Below are positions 63,260-64,000 of a stretch of DNA of 64,000 nt, piece by piece. The stretch lies in assembly GCF_009914755.1 (NCBI RefSeq), contig NC_060932.1; one strand, given 5' to 3'. Origin of the DNA: the human T2T-CHM13v2.0 reference genome, Homo sapiens. Each line of letters opens with the position of its first letter. Position 1 is the first letter of the stretch. The translations under genes and the position numbers were made by a program. The notes below the pieces were generated by a model that had not been told where the DNA came from, ran no database searches, and worked only from the letters and a program-made list of their open reading frames with translations.

Positions 63260-63612
63260 TGTCTTAGTCCACTTGGGCTGTTAAAACAAAATACACTAGA
63301 CCAGGTAATTTACAAACAACAGAATTGATTGCTCACAATTCTGGACGTTGGGAAGTCCAAGATCAAGACACTGGTAGATTTGGTATCTGGTGAAAGCCCG
63401 TTCCTCATAGACAGCATCTTCTTGCTGTGTCCTCACGTGGCAGAAGGGGCAAACAAGCTCTCTTGGGCCTCTTTTATAAGGGCACTCAACTCATTTATGA
63501 GGGTGAAGCCCTCATGACCTAATTACCTCCCAATGGCCCCATCCCTAATACTATTATATTAGGGATTAAGTTTCAACATATGAATTTTGGGGAGAACAAA
63601 CATTCAGCCTAT
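63260..63612 (-). mobile_element. MLT1A/MSTD-type solo LTR
   Basis: tgtcttagtcc...gggaagtccaagatcaag...tttcaacatatgaattttgggg...cattcag. Confidence 0.7.
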
Positions 63613-64000
63613 ACGAAGAGGTTATTTGAGGCATCCAGTGAATGGCTGTAGTTTAGTACAGTAGGAAATAAAAATTTTTAGTATTCATTCATTGATTCAC
63701 ATGTTAAATATTTATTGTTTGCTATGTAACTAGTATAGTAGATGCTCTCAAAAAATTAATTGACTACTTAAAAATAATTGTTTTTGAGACAGTCTCACTC
63801 TGTCACCTAGGCTGGAGTGCAGTAGCATGATCTCAGCTCACTGAAACCTCCACCTCCTGGGTTCAAGCAATTCTCCTGTCTCAGCCTCCCGAGTAGCTAG
63901 GACTACAGGCATGAGCCACCATGAGTTGAGGTGGGCAGATCGCCTGAGGCCAGGAGTTCGAGACCAGCCTGGCCAACATGGTGAAACCCCATATCTACTA

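Overview
Human genomic DNA (very Alu-dense, and it carries a human-specific SVA_F1). The left 12.3 kb holds the 5' end of VIRMA/KIAA1429, the m6A writer-complex scaffold, on the minus strand: coding exon 1 (12207-12269), exon 2 (2651-2766) and a CpG-island promoter. The remaining ~51 kb is repeat-dominated upstream sequence. It contains a TSD-bounded L1PB lacking ORF1, solo LTRs (MER41A, MER4A1-like, LTR9-like, MLT/MST), a decayed ERV1 gag/pol fragment, processed pseudogenes of RPL31 and ATP5MF, and a MAST2-SVA_F1 nested in a short L1PA 3' fragment. Almost all ORFs in the track are repeat-derived noise. I see no convincing new protein-coding or RNA system. The most unusual structure is an apparent old local rearrangement: a ~370 bp inverted duplication (44549-44926 / 52932-53317) beside an MST LTR split into two opposite-strand pieces, which suggests a cryptic ~7.6 kb inversion that would also have flipped a strong CTCF motif. 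All calls are by eye; repeat subfamily names come from recalled consensus sequences and need RepeatMasker confirmation.
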